Positions 8,125 to 17,859 of a stretch of DNA of 64,000 bases are shown here, in pieces. The notes below the pieces were generated by a model. That model ran no database searches and was not told where the DNA came from. It saw only the letters and a program-made list of their open reading frames with translations. Made by a program: the position numbers and the translations under genes. Every line of letters starts with the position of its first letter. The stretch's first letter is position 1. The DNA comes from an uncultured Clostridia bacterium (GTDB lineage: Bacteria; Bacillota; Clostridia; TANB77; CAG-508): the NCBI GenBank assembly GCA_910589185.1, contig CAJUSU010000003.1:8847-72846 (forward strand). Reading direction: 5' to 3'.

Positions 8125-9467
8125 TTACTTTTTTGCATCTCCTTTTCAATAAAAGATGTGTCAAAATTTCCTCTAATAAAATCAGGGTTACGAATAATAT
8201 CAAAAAGGAAATCTCGGTTGGTATCCACTCCGTCTATTACAAGTTCTTCTAAAGCCCTTTTCATTTTACTAATCGCTTCATTTCGATTAACACCAAATAC
8301 AATAATTTTGGCTATCATAGAATCATAATTTGATGGAATGGTATATCCGCTATAAATGGCCGTATCTACTCTAATACCATTTCCTCCCGGCAAGTTCATT
8401 TCATTGATTTTCCCCGGTGAAGGCATAAAGTTTTTGCTTGGATTTTCTGCATTAATTCTACATTCCATAGAATGACCCTTAAATACAATTTCCTTTTGTT
8501 TGAATTTCAATTCTTCTCCTGCTGCAATACGAATTTGCTCTTTGACTAAATCAATTCCTGTTCTCATTTCTGTAATAGGGTGTTCCACTTGAATTCTTGT
8601 ATTCATTTCCATGAAATAGAAATTCTTATCTTTATCTACTAAAAATTCTACTGTTCCACAGCTTGTATATCCTGCTGCTTTTGCTGCTTTGATAGCGGCA
8701 TTTCCCATTTTGTTCCTTAGTTTGTCATCTATTATAGTGGAAGGAGTTTCTTCTATTATTTTTTGATGATTTCTTTGTATTGTACAATCTCTTTCTCCTA
8801 AATGTACTACATTTCCATGTTCATCTGCCAAAATTTGAATTTCCACATGTCTTGGATTTTGGATAAATTTTTCTATGTAAATCTCACTATCATTAAAAGC
8901 ATTTTTGGCTTCTTGCTTCACAATATTGTAATTTGTTTCTAACTCATCAAAAGAATTGACTTGTCTAATTCCTTTGCCTCCACCACCTGCTGATGCTTTT
9001 AATAAAACAGGATAACCAATTTTTTCACAAACTAAAATAGCTTGTTTCAAATCTTTTACACTTCCATCAGAACCTGGAACAACTGGTACCCCTTCTTTTT
9101 TCATCATTTCTTTACTATTCGATTTATTGCCTAGCAAATCAATAACTTTTGAAGTTGGACCAATAAACTTAATATTAGACTCCTCACAAATCTTAGCAAA
9201 CTGAGAATTCTCTGATAAAAAGCCAAATCCCGGATGAATACTATCTGCTTTTGTAATACTTGCCGCTTCAATGATATTCTTCATGTTCAAATAGCTTTGT
9301 TTTGGACTTGCAGGCCCTATACAAATAGCCTCATCTGCAAGTCTTGTATGCAAAGCATCTTTATCCGCTTCAGAATAAACAGCTACTGTTTTTATATTCA
9401 TTTCTTTACACGCTCTAATAATACGAACTGCAATCTCTCCACGATTTGCTATTAGTATTTTATTCAA
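8121..9467 (-). CDS. accC: Biotin carboxylase
   Basis: N-terminus [26 protein letters not shown]-grasp motif GGGGKGIR and motif [14 protein letters not shown]; 448 aa. Confidence 0.95.
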   Translation of the reverse strand: MNKILIANRGEIAVRIIRACKEMNIKTVAVYSEADKDALHTRLADEAICIGPASPKQSYLNMKNIIEAASITKADSIHPGFGFLSENSQFAKICEESNIKFIGPTSKVIDLLGNKSNSKEMMKKEGVPVVPGSDGSVKDLKQAILVCEKIGYPVLLKASAGGGGKGIRQVNSFDELETNYNIVKQEAKNAFNDSEIYIEKFIQNPRHVEIQILADEHGNVVHLGERDCTIQRNHQKIIEETPSTIIDDKLRNKMGNAAIKAAKAAGYTSCGTVEFLVDKDKNFYFMEMNTRIQVEHPITEMRTGIDLVKEQIRIAAGEELKFKQKEIVFKGHSMECRINAENPSKNFMPSPGKINEMNLPGGNGIRVDTAIYSGYTIPSNYDSMIAKIIVFGVNRNEAISKMKRALEELVIDGVDTNRDFLFDIIRNPDFIRGNFDTSFIEKEMQKSK

Positions 9468-9468
9468 T

Positions 9469-9906
9469 CTATTTCACCTCTTTTTCAACAACTGCGAAAG
9501 TAAATTCTCCTTTTGCCGCTAATTTTCCATCAACAGTTGCAATTCCTTCTCCTACACCAATAGGGCCTTTTTTCTTAATGATATTTACTTCTAATTTTAA
9601 TCTATCTCCCGGTACTACCATCTTCTTGAACTTTAATTTATCAATTCCACCAAACAAAGCATTTTTTCCTTTATTCTCTTCTAGAGAAAGTATCGCTACC
9701 GCTCCTGCTTGTGCCAAGCTTTCTGTAATTAATACCCCCGGCATAATGGGGTTACCCGGAAAATGCCCTTGAAAATACCATTCATCTTTATCGACATTTT
9801 TATATGCCACAGTCTTTTCTCCCGGTATATATTCTTCTACTTCGTCAATCATCAAAAATGGTTCCCTTTGAGGAATAATCTTTTTTATCTGTTCTTTATT
9901 TAACAT
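9469..9906 (-). CDS. fabZ: 3-hydroxyacyl-ACP dehydratase FabZ
   Basis: Hotdog-fold motifs QREPFLMID and [15 protein letters not shown]. Confidence 0.93.
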   Translation of the reverse strand: MLNKEQIKKIIPQREPFLMIDEVEEYIPGEKTVAYKNVDKDEWYFQGHFPGNPIMPGVLITESLAQAGAVAILSLEENKGKNALFGGIDKLKFKKMVVPGDRLKLEVNIIKKKGPIGVGEGIATVDGKLAAKGEFTFAVVEKEVK

Positions 9907-9921
9907 ATGTATCTCCTTTTT

Positions 9922-9968
9922 GTCAGTTTAGGGACGTTAGTTTAACTGACATCTGTCCCCTAACTGAC
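9922..9968 (-). other. Structured accB-fabZ intergenic element (imperfect 14-bp inverted repeat)
   Basis: gtcagtttagggac (9922-9935) is complementary to gtcccctaactgac (9955-9968) as 7+5 bp with a 2-nt mismatch. A third copy of AACTGAC sits in the loop. Confidence 0.35.
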
Positions 9969-9969
9969 A

Positions 9970-10413
9970 TTATTCTATAATAAACAACGGCTTGCCATAT
10001 TCAACTGCTTCTCCGTCCTTTACTAAAATTTCCTTTACTTTTCCTTCAAATTCAGATTCAATTTCGTTCATCAACTTCATAGCTTCAATAATGCAAAGGG
10101 TATCTCCTTTTTTAACATTCTTTCCAACTTCTACATAACTTTCAGAAGTTGGAGAAGGTTTTAAATAAAAAGTTCCAACCATTGGAGATTTTACAATATT
10201 TCCTTTAATTTCTTCTAGTGATGTTTCTTGTGCTACTTCTACTCTTGACACGTTCTCTGTTGTAACTACTTGTTCTACTACTGGTGTAGTTACTTTTACA
10301 GTAGTTTCCTTCTTCATACTAATTTTGGTTCCATCTGGAAAATCAATATCAATTGCAGTCAATTTTGAATTTCCCATATCTTCCATCAATTGTTTAATTT
10401 TCTCATACTCCAT
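9970..10413 (-). CDS. accB: Biotin carboxyl carrier protein
   Basis: Biotinylation motif CIIEAMKLMNEIE near the C-terminus; 147 aa. Confidence 0.93.
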   Translation of the reverse strand: MEYEKIKQLMEDMGNSKLTAIDIDFPDGTKISMKKETTVKVTTPVVEQVVTTENVSRVEVAQETSLEEIKGNIVKSPMVGTFYLKPSPTSESYVEVGKNVKKGDTLCIIEAMKLMNEIESEFEGKVKEILVKDGEAVEYGKPLFIIE

Positions 10414-10464
10414 TTTAATTCCTCCTATCTTTTATGATTGCTTTACATAAAAATGTCCTACTAA

Positions 10465-11703
10465 CTAACGTCCCCAAACGGACATAACAACACTACTATT
10501 ATGTCCACCAAACCCTAAAGAATTTGACATGACAATGTTTAATTCTGCCTTTCTTGGTTCATTTGGAACAATATCCAAATCACATTCTTCATCTTTTTCT
10601 TTGTAGTTGATAGTTGGTGGCACTAGCCCTTCCTCTAAAGCTTTTACACAAAAGATCGCTTCTACTGCCCCTGCCGCTCCTAATAAATGTCCTATGTTTC
10701 CTTTGGTAGAACTAACCATTACTTTTTGTGCTGCTTCTCCTAAGGCTGTTTTAATTGCCATAGTTTCTGTTTGGTCATTTAAGTGTGTAGAAGTTCCATG
10801 TGCATTAATGTAATCTATTTCATTTGGAGAAATGCCTGCATTTTGAATTGCTCTTATCATTGCTTTTGCTCCACATTCTCCATCTGGGCATGGTGATGTA
10901 ATATGATAAGCGTCTGTGGTAGAACCAAATCCAATTACCTCTGCATAGATTTTAGCTCCTCTTTGTTTAGCGTGTTCTAATTCTTCTAAAATGACAACTC
11001 CTGCGCCTTCTCCCATGACAAATCCATTTCTTTCTTTGTCAAATGGGATACTCGCTCTATTTTTATCTGTACTACTAGATAATGCTTTCATATTTTCAAA
11101 GCCTGCAATTCCTACCTCACAAATTGCAGCTTCTGTTCCTCCTGCAACAATAACATCTTCTTCTCCTAATTGAATCGTTTTATATGCTTCTCCAATACAA
11201 TGTGTAGAAGATGCACAGGCTGTTACAACACTAATAGATTCTCCTTTAAAACCAAATTCAATAGCAACATTTCCTGCTGGCATATTTGCAATTGCCATTG
11301 GAATAAACATAGGAGATACCCTCTTATTTCCTTTTTCATAATTTGTTTCACATTGTTCTTGAATGGTTCTTAATCCACCAATGCCAGAACCAACAAAAAT
11401 TCCCACTCTATCAAAATCCGTATTTTCTTTGGTAATTCCTGCATCTTTTACTGCTTCTCTTGCTGCAATAATAGCAAATTGAGATGACCTATCTAATCTT
11501 TTTGCTTGCTTTGGATCAAAATATTCTAGTGGATCATAGGCTTTTACCTCTGCATCTAGTTTTGTTTTGTATTCTGTCGTTTCAAATAAGGTAATTTCAT
11601 CAATTCCACATTTTTTATGCTTAATTCCTTCCCAAGTTTCCTCTACATTCTTTCCTATTGGGGTAATTGCTCCTAATCCTGTAATCACAACTCTTTTTTT
11701 CAT
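10465..11703 (-). CDS. fabF: 3-oxoacyl-ACP synthase II
   Basis: N-terminus RVVITGLGAITPIG, active-site Cys context VVTACASS, His motifs NAHGTST and GHLLGAAG. Confidence 0.95.
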   Translation of the reverse strand: MKKRVVITGLGAITPIGKNVEETWEGIKHKKCGIDEITLFETTEYKTKLDAEVKAYDPLEYFDPKQAKRLDRSSQFAIIAAREAVKDAGITKENTDFDRVGIFVGSGIGGLRTIQEQCETNYEKGNKRVSPMFIPMAIANMPAGNVAIEFGFKGESISVVTACASSTHCIGEAYKTIQLGEEDVIVAGGTEAAICEVGIAGFENMKALSSSTDKNRASIPFDKERNGFVMGEGAGVVILEELEHAKQRGAKIYAEVIGFGSTTDAYHITSPCPDGECGAKAMIRAIQNAGISPNEIDYINAHGTSTHLNDQTETMAIKTALGEAAQKVMVSSTKGNIGHLLGAAGAVEAIFCVKALEEGLVPPTINYKEKDEECDLDIVPNEPRKAELNIVMSNSLGFGGHNSSVVMSVWGR

Positions 11704-11717
11704 TTTCCTATCCTTTC

Positions 11718-12452
11718 TTACATTAACATTCCACCATCAACTTGAATAACTTGCCCTGTAATATAGCTACTCTCATTAGATGCTAAAAACTTCACAACAT
11801 TTGCTACATCTTCTACTGTTCCCATTCTTTTTAGTGGTATTGTTTTCTTAATTTCTTCTTTGATATCCTCTTTTAAAACATCGGTCATTTGAGTTTCAAT
11901 AAATCCGGGAGCCACTGCATTTACTAAAATGTTTCTGCTTCCTACTTCTTTTGCTAAACTTTTGGTAAATCCAATAATTCCTGCTTTAGAAGCGGCATAA
12001 TTTGCTTGACCTGCATTTCCACTAATTCCTACAACAGAAGATAAATTAATAATTCTTCCTTCTTTTTGTTTCATCATATATGGAATAACATTCTTTGTTA
12101 CATTAAAAGTTCCTACAAGATTGACTTGCAATACATCTTCAAAATCTTCTTTCTTCATTCTCATAAGTAATGTGTCTTTGGTAATTCCTGCATTATTCAC
12201 TAACACATCTATCCTACCTAATTGTTCTATCACTTGCTTAACCATATTTTCACTATCTTCAAAGCTAGAAACATCACCTTGAACTGGCAAACATCTTACA
12301 TTACATTTTTCAATTTCACTTTTTGTAACTAACAAATCCTCATTTTCTGTCCTATAATTCACTGCAACATCATACCCTGCATTTGCTAAAGTTATTGCAA
12401 TTTGCCTTCCAATTCCTCTTGTTCCTCCTGTAATAAAAGCAACCTTATTCAT
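11718..12452 (-). CDS. fabG: 3-oxoacyl-ACP reductase
   Basis: SDR motifs TGGTRGIG, NNAG and YAASKAG; position within the fab operon. Confidence 0.92.
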   Translation of the reverse strand: MNKVAFITGGTRGIGRQIAITLANAGYDVAVNYRTENEDLLVTKSEIEKCNVRCLPVQGDVSSFEDSENMVKQVIEQLGRIDVLVNNAGITKDTLLMRMKKEDFEDVLQVNLVGTFNVTKNVIPYMMKQKEGRIINLSSVVGISGNAGQANYAASKAGIIGFTKSLAKEVGSRNILVNAVAPGFIETQMTDVLKEDIKEEIKKTIPLKRMGTVEDVANVVKFLASNESSYITGQVIQVDGGMLM

Positions 12453-13383
12453 TTTCCGTTACCTCCTTTATCACTTGCTCTAAAGTATCTACATTGTTAA
12501 TATTCTTGATTTGAACTGTCCTTTCAAAATTCATTCTTTTAACAAAACCACTTAATGTCTTTCCCGGACCGATTTCAATAAAAGTATCTATTCCATTGTC
12601 ATACATTGTTTGTAAATCGTAGGTAAATCTAACTGGATTCATAATATGGTCAACTAAAACTTGTGCAATATCCTCTGTTTGCGAGTATGGCTTTCCATCT
12701 AGATTTTTAACTACTTTACTATTTTTAGCATTTATTTTTATCTTGTCAATTTCTTCTTTTAATGCTTTGGAACATTCACTTAATTTCTCTGTATGGAAAG
12801 GACCTGCTGTATTTAAAATGCTCACCTTTTTTGCTCCAAATTCTTTTGCTAGTTCTCCTGCTTTGGTCACTGCTGTTTCTTCTCCTGAAATGACAATTTG
12901 ACCAATGGTATTGAAATTTGCTGGAACTACAAAACCTTCCACTTGGTTGCAGGCTTCTTGTACTTTTTCTTCACTTAGACCTAATATAGCAGCCATTTTC
13001 CAATTTCCTTGAGGTGTCAAGTTTTGCATAATTTCTCCTCTTTTTTGTACTAGCTTTACTCCCTCTTCCAAATCAAATATCCCGTCTTCTATTAGCGCTG
13101 TATACTCTCCTAAGCTTAGCCCTGCTGACATAGTTGCTTGTATATTATACTTTTTTAAAATAGCAAGTATCGCTAGGCTTTGAGTTAATATAGCAACTTG
13201 AGTGTTTTGTGTCTTATTTAGTTCTTCTTCTGGACCTTCAAAAGATATCCTTTTTATCTCCATTCCTGTTACTTTTTCTACCTTGTCGTACACTTGCTTT
13301 GCTTCTTCATAACTCTCATATAAATCTTTTCCCATTCCTACTGTTTGTGAGCCTTGCCCCGGGAATAAAAAACCTATTTTCAT
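12445..13383 (-). CDS. fabD: Malonyl-CoA:ACP transacylase
   Basis: Start chosen at ATG 13383 (MKIGFLFPGQGSQ). Active site is GLSLGEY. The track's longer 5' extension overlaps the upstream gene. Confidence 0.92.
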   Translation of the reverse strand: MKIGFLFPGQGSQTVGMGKDLYESYEEAKQVYDKVEKVTGMEIKRISFEGPEEELNKTQNTQVAILTQSLAILAILKKYNIQATMSAGLSLGEYTALIEDGIFDLEEGVKLVQKRGEIMQNLTPQGNWKMAAILGLSEEKVQEACNQVEGFVVPANFNTIGQIVISGEETAVTKAGELAKEFGAKKVSILNTAGPFHTEKLSECSKALKEEIDKIKINAKNSKVVKNLDGKPYSQTEDIAQVLVDHIMNPVRFTYDLQTMYDNGIDTFIEIGPGKTLSGFVKRMNFERTVQIKNINNVDTLEQVIKEVTENE

Positions 13384-13411
13384 TTTCCTATTGTTCCTTT
13401 CTTGATATATT

Positions 13412-13981
13412 TTAACCATTAATCCTTCTTTGAATAACTTCTTCAAATTGATTACAAAACTCTATTATCACTTTGTCTCTATCTACTTCTATTCCAAATT
13501 CTTTTTGAATAGAGGTAGCTATATTTTCAATATCACTTGTAAAATGCATTTTATTGGTATTAATTCCAATTCCCACTACTAAAAATTTGACTGTTTCTAA
13601 ATGAACTTTACTTTCTGTTAGAATACCACCTATCTTTTTCTGATGATACATGATATCATTTGGCTCTTTAATATCTAGCATTATCCCATATTCTTTTTTT
13701 AAAATATCTACTAGAATTTGTGCAATTTCTACGGTAAGCCCCTCTAATTTTTCTGGCACACATTCTGTTTGGAGATATAGCGAAAAAGTAACATTATTTG
13801 GTTCATCTGTATGCCAAATTCTCCCATGTGTTCCTTTTCCCTGTGTTTGAATATCTGCTATTACTACACTTCCGTTGATGATAGAACCATTTTCTATCCT
13901 TCTCCAAATTTCACTTTGGGTGGAATCAATTTCATGATAAAAGAAAATTTCTCTTCCTAATACTTTAGTTGTTAATTGCAT
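13412..13981 (-). CDS. Biotin--protein ligase catalytic domain protein (short, 189 aa)
   Basis: Motifs EIDSTQS and QTQGKGTHGRIWH (the GRGRxGRxW-type motif), plus KEPNDI and KIGGIL. No N-terminal HTH or C-terminal SH3-like domain is apparent. Confidence 0.75.
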   Translation of the reverse strand: MQLTTKVLGREIFFYHEIDSTQSEIWRRIENGSIINGSVVIADIQTQGKGTHGRIWHTDEPNNVTFSLYLQTECVPEKLEGLTVEIAQILVDILKKEYGIMLDIKEPNDIMYHQKKIGGILTESKVHLETVKFLVVGIGINTNKMHFTSDIENIATSIQKEFGIEVDRDKVIIEFCNQFEEVIQRRING

Positions 13982-15674
13982 CTAAATTTGCCTGCCTTTT
14001 TATTTTATTTGTTGTGGTTTTAATGAGTGGATCTTCTGTTAAAATAAGCCCTCTAATTGCCTTGTATTTTGGCATTTGTTCATTTACTTCTTTAATTTTT
14101 TCTAAAATTGCTTTATAGATTTCTTCTTCTGTTTCTGCCTTATATACATTTTTTACTATTTCTTTATCATAAACTACTTTCACATGAATTTTAATGTTTT
14201 CTTTATCCTCCGTTTGTTGCTTTCCAAAAATGAAAGACTCTTTTACTCCTTCAATTTTGTTTACTAAAGCTTCCATTTCCTCTGGAAAGATGTTTTTACC
14301 ATTTTTGAGAACAATTACACTTTTCTTTCTACCACAAATGTAGATATATCCATCTTCATCTATTTTGGCTAAATCACCTGTATAGAACCATTCTCCTTGA
14401 AAAGCTTCTTTGGTAGCTATTTCATCTTGGTAGTACCCTAAAGCAACATTAGGGCCTTTTACCACTAATTCTCCTATTCCTTCTTGGTTTACATCTACAA
14501 GTTTTACTTCCATACTTGGAACTACTTTTCCAATAGAACCTAATCGATACTCTTCATTAGTTCCTACTGCTACTACTGGCGATGTTTCTGTTAGTCCATA
14601 TCCTTGCACTAAATTAAGCCCTAACAACCTATATCTTTCCTCTATTTTGCTATCTAAAGCTGCTGCTCCTGAAATAAATAACTTGATGTTTCCACCTAAC
14701 ATTTCATGAATTTCTGGGAAAGCTTTTTTACGTTCAGCCATAGTACAATTTTTAAATTCTTCTTCTTTTCTTAAAATATCCTCTAGCTTTCCTTGCTTCT
14801 CTAGCCCTTTTCTAATAATGTCAAATATTCTTTCATAAATTCCCGGAACACATGCCATGACGCTTACTTGATATTCTCTTAAATTGTCAATCACATGTTT
14901 TAGTCCATCACAAAATACAGTAGTTGCTCCTTTATATAAAGAAAAAAGAAATCCAACTGTACATTCAAAAACATGGTGAATTGGTAAGATAGAAAGTAGT
15001 GTATCTTCTGATGTGATATCTAAAATACTTCCAATATCCATTAAATTGGAGCATATGTTCCTGTGTGAAAGTGCTACTACCTTAGAACTTGATGTAGTAC
15101 CTGATGTAAATAACATGATTGCCATTTTTTCACTATCTATTTTGGCATCTATGAATTCTCTATTTCCTTGTGCAATCAGCTTTTCACCTTTTTGAATTAG
15201 TTCTTGTTCAGAATAGATACCACTGCTATGTTCTACATTATCCATTGAGATTAAATGTTTTAGTTTATTGTTTTCATTATATTTGATTCTAGTTAATGCT
15301 TCCTCATATTTTTGTGAATAGAAAATTGCTTCTACTTCTGACCTTTCAATAAGAGATTCTAACTCATTTTCTGGTAAAGACTTATCTAGTGGCACAACAA
15401 TACCTGTTCCGCAGACAACAGAAAGATAAGCAATTTCCCATTCGTAACGATTTTCTCCAATGACTGCAATTCTTTTGCCTTTTAATCCCATATCGATTAA
15501 TGCCGTACCTAAACTATCTACCATTTGCCTTACTTGCTTGTGGGTAAAAGTAAGATATCCGCCTTTTCCATCTTTTATTTTATACGCTATGTTGTTTGCA
15601 TAGATATCTTTCGTCTTTTTTAACATATCCTTTAAGTCTGTAATTGCAATAGTTTCATATAGCTTTTTACTCAT
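13965..15674 (-). CDS. AMP-dependent long-chain acyl-CoA synthetase/ligase
   Basis: AMP-binding motif FTSGTTSSSKVV, plus GYGLTET, YTGDLA and GRKK; it is the first gene of the operon. Confidence 0.85.
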   Translation of the reverse strand: MSKKLYETIAITDLKDMLKKTKDIYANNIAYKIKDGKGGYLTFTHKQVRQMVDSLGTALIDMGLKGKRIAVIGENRYEWEIAYLSVVCGTGIVVPLDKSLPENELESLIERSEVEAIFYSQKYEEALTRIKYNENNKLKHLISMDNVEHSSGIYSEQELIQKGEKLIAQGNREFIDAKIDSEKMAIMLFTSGTTSSSKVVALSHRNICSNLMDIGSILDITSEDTLLSILPIHHVFECTVGFLFSLYKGATTVFCDGLKHVIDNLREYQVSVMACVPGIYERIFDIIRKGLEKQGKLEDILRKEEEFKNCTMAERKKAFPEIHEMLGGNIKLFISGAAALDSKIEERYRLLGLNLVQGYGLTETSPVVAVGTNEEYRLGSIGKVVPSMEVKLVDVNQEGIGELVVKGPNVALGYYQDEIATKEAFQGEWFYTGDLAKIDEDGYIYICGRKKSVIVLKNGKNIFPEEMEALVNKIEGVKESFIFGKQQTEDKENIKIHVKVVYDKEIVKNVYKAETEEEIYKAILEKIKEVNEQMPKYKAIRGLILTEDPLIKTTTNKIKRQANLDAINN

Positions 15675-15814
15675 TTGTTTTCCTCTCCTCTTTACTTATT
15701 TTTCCATTTTTATATCACATTTTTTTCAAAAAATCTTTAGACTGAGAGGTCAGTACAAAAAACTTTCGCATATTTCTTTCTATTCTTTCATAAATTTTTA
15801 TTGGTGAAGTTTAC

Positions 15815-16942
15815 ATGCTATTGTCTAAAAAATTAAAGTGGATATTCCTAATCTCTTTTTCTATGCTACTCATTTTAGTAGGTTTCTTTTCTTTTGAAAG
15901 ACTTTCTGCCATTCCTGTTTCAAGTAGTCAAGCTTTTGAATGGCATAATTCTACTTTGGAAAATACTGTGCAAGAAAAGAAATATATTAAATGGTTTGAA
16001 TTTAAAGTTTCTTACGATGTATTAGACAAGACATCAAAGTTAGATATTCAGTCACATACTAAAAATGAAGATGTGAAATTAAATTGGATTGAATTAATTG
16101 CTTATTTAGCCTGCAAATATGGAAATGACTTTTCAAGATATAAATATCAAGATTTAACTAATTTAGTAGAAAAATTGAGAAGCGGTCAGACAATGGCTGA
16201 TTTGACAAAAGATATGAAGAATTATAACTATTATTTTGAAGGTTACGATAGTGTGTTGCATGAGTTTATTGGAGAGTTTAAGAAAGAAGTAAAAACAAAT
16301 ACCACTAAAGATAATCAAGCGACTACTAATGATAACACTATTGCTGAACAAGAAACTCCGCAAAAACAATTTGAAGATACATATGGTATTAAAGCTTTCC
16401 ACCCTGTTGCGAAAAACTATTCTTATAGCCATTATGATGATTTTGGAGCATCTAGATCTTATGGATATAAAAGACTACATTTTGGAAATGATTTAATGGG
16501 AAGTATTGGTGCTCCTATTATAGCAGTAGAATCAGGGGTTGTAGAAGCGGCTGGCTGGAACCAATATGGTGGTTGGAGAATTGGCATTCGTAGCTTTGAT
16601 AAAAAGCGTTATTACTACTATGCTCATTTGAGAAAAAATCACCCTTATGCAGAAAATTTAAAAGAAGGTCAAATTGTGCAAGCAGGTGATGTGATTGGTT
16701 ATCTTGGTATGACTGGATATAGTACGAAGGAAAATGTCAATAACATCAATGTTCCACATCTTCATTTTGGAATACAGCTTATTTTTGATGAAGTACAAAA
16801 AGAAGGTCCTAATCAAATTTGGGTAGATTTATATGAACTAGTAAATTTTTTGCAAAAAAACCGTAGTGAAGTTTATAAAAGTAATCAGGAAACTAAGGAC
16901 TATTCAAGGAAATATGAGATAATTGACCCAATTGTGCCATAA
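15815..16942 (+). CDS. M23 family peptidoglycan metalloendopeptidase
   Basis: N-terminal TM/signal segment and C-terminal M23 motifs HFGNDL, YYYAHL and PHLHFGIQ. Confidence 0.85.
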   Translation: MLLSKKLKWIFLISFSMLLILVGFFSFERLSAIPVSSSQAFEWHNSTLENTVQEKKYIKWFEFKVSYDVLDKTSKLDIQSHTKNEDVKLNWIELIAYLACKYGNDFSRYKYQDLTNLVEKLRSGQTMADLTKDMKNYNYYFEGYDSVLHEFIGEFKKEVKTNTTKDNQATTNDNTIAEQETPQKQFEDTYGIKAFHPVAKNYSYSHYDDFGASRSYGYKRLHFGNDLMGSIGAPIIAVESGVVEAAGWNQYGGWRIGIRSFDKKRYYYYAHLRKNHPYAENLKEGQIVQAGDVIGYLGMTGYSTKENVNNINVPHLHFGIQLIFDEVQKEGPNQIWVDLYELVNFLQKNRSEVYKSNQETKDYSRKYEIIDPIVP

Positions 16943-16978
16943 ACCGCTTTAGAAAAATTCTAAAACGGTTTATTTCTT
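16941..16978. terminator. Bidirectional terminator hairpin between convergent genes
   Basis: AAACCGCTTTAGAA-AAA-TTCTAAAACGGTTT (one mismatch), followed by a T-rich tract. Confidence 0.6.
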
Positions 16979-17269
16979 CTGCTTTTCAATAGGCACTACT
17001 CTCAAAGTATATCCCATAGGATATAATATCTTTAGTAAAGTATATATTTGAGGAGAATTAGTATGCTTTTCTATTCTAGCAATTGCTGGTTGTTTTACTC
17101 CGCTCATTTTACTCAATTCTTCTTGTGTAAGATTTCTACTCTTTCTTGCTTCAATAGTGGCTCTAATAATATCTTCTTCTATTTTTATTTCTTCTTCTTC
17201 CTCTGGAGTCAATTTTAAGTTAGCTCTTACTTCTTCCCAAGTTAATTCTTTCTTTCCCATTTCACTCAC
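16970..17269 (-). CDS. higA: XRE-family HTH antitoxin (HigA-like)
   Basis: HTH segment LTQEELSKMSGVKQPAIARIE; overlaps the upstream toxin gene by 8 nt. Confidence 0.75.
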   Translation of the reverse strand: MSEMGKKELTWEEVRANLKLTPEEEEEIKIEEDIIRATIEARKSRNLTQEELSKMSGVKQPAIARIEKHTNSPQIYTLLKILYPMGYTLRVVPIEKQKK

Positions 17270-17618
17270 TCCTTTCTTTATAGTCTTTTAATAGCCTTTT
17301 TGCCTTTTCTATTTCTTGCTTTGGTGTTTTTTGTGTTTCTTTCATAAAATATGTTAACAGTAAAAATGTATTATTCTCATAATGAGCAAAAAGTATTCTA
17401 TCTCTTATTGGTCTTAGTTCCCATATATCCTCTTCTAAATGTTTTATATATGGCTCACCTAATTCTAGCCCTTTTTCTTCTAATAGATTAATATATGCTA
17501 CTATTTTATTGAGCTTTACTCTGTTGTCTTTATTATTAACTTGTTTTCTTAAAGACATAATATAGTTTTCTACTTCACTTTCTCCATTTTTGTTTTGATA
17601 AAAAACAATTTTGTACAT
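17262..17618 (-). CDS. higB: RelE/ParE-superfamily toxin (HigB / phage Gp49-like)
   Basis: 118 aa with segments IWELRPIRDRILF and LLTYFMKETQKTPKQEIEKA typical of Gp49/HigB-like toxins. Gene order is toxin first, then antitoxin. Confidence 0.7.
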   Translation of the reverse strand: MYKIVFYQNKNGESEVENYIMSLRKQVNNKDNRVKLNKIVAYINLLEEKGLELGEPYIKHLEEDIWELRPIRDRILFAHYENNTFLLLTYFMKETQKTPKQEIEKAKRLLKDYKERSE

Positions 17619-17623
17619 ATATT

Positions 17624-17652
17624 ACTCCTTTTAAATATAACATATTTGTTAT
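17624..17652 (-). promoter_or_regulatory. higBA promoter with overlapping palindromic operator
   Basis: Minus-sense TTGACA (17647-17652), a 17-nt spacer, then TATATT (17624-17629). The palindrome ATAACA-N4-TGTTAT at 17627-17642 spans the spacer and -10. Confidence 0.6.
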
Positions 17653-17802
17653 TAGATGTCAATTAATTTTTTCTGGGGATTTGATTAAGAATTGAAATTT
17701 AAAATGATTTATAATTACATTTTTATATTACTACTATCCTTTAACTCTGTCAATTTAAATCGATAGACATATTTCTACATAATACAACATAGTGTTTTTC
17801 AA

Positions 17803-17847
17803 TAAAAAAGAAACTTTAGTAATATCTTAATAGATACTACTAAAGTT
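17803..17847 (-). terminator. Rho-independent terminator after the C-N hydrolase gene
   Basis: Perfect 10-bp stem AACTTTAGTA/TACTAAAGTT, followed on the minus strand by TTTCTTTTTTATT. Confidence 0.7.
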
Positions 17848-17859
17848 CCATTACTTTTA

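Noticed and set aside
15741-15758. A partial palindrome (GACTGAGAGGTCAGT) upstream of the fab operon, considered as a FapR/FabT operator.
   Set aside because: It is only a 5-bp inverted repeat and matches neither remembered consensus. It is mentioned only as a weak link to the accB-flanking motif.
17725-17753. A second promoter-like element, TTGACA-17-TAATAT, about 100 nt upstream of the higBA promoter.
   Set aside because: No ORF or structured RNA could be identified downstream of it. It may be a chance match in AT-rich DNA or an alternative higBA promoter.
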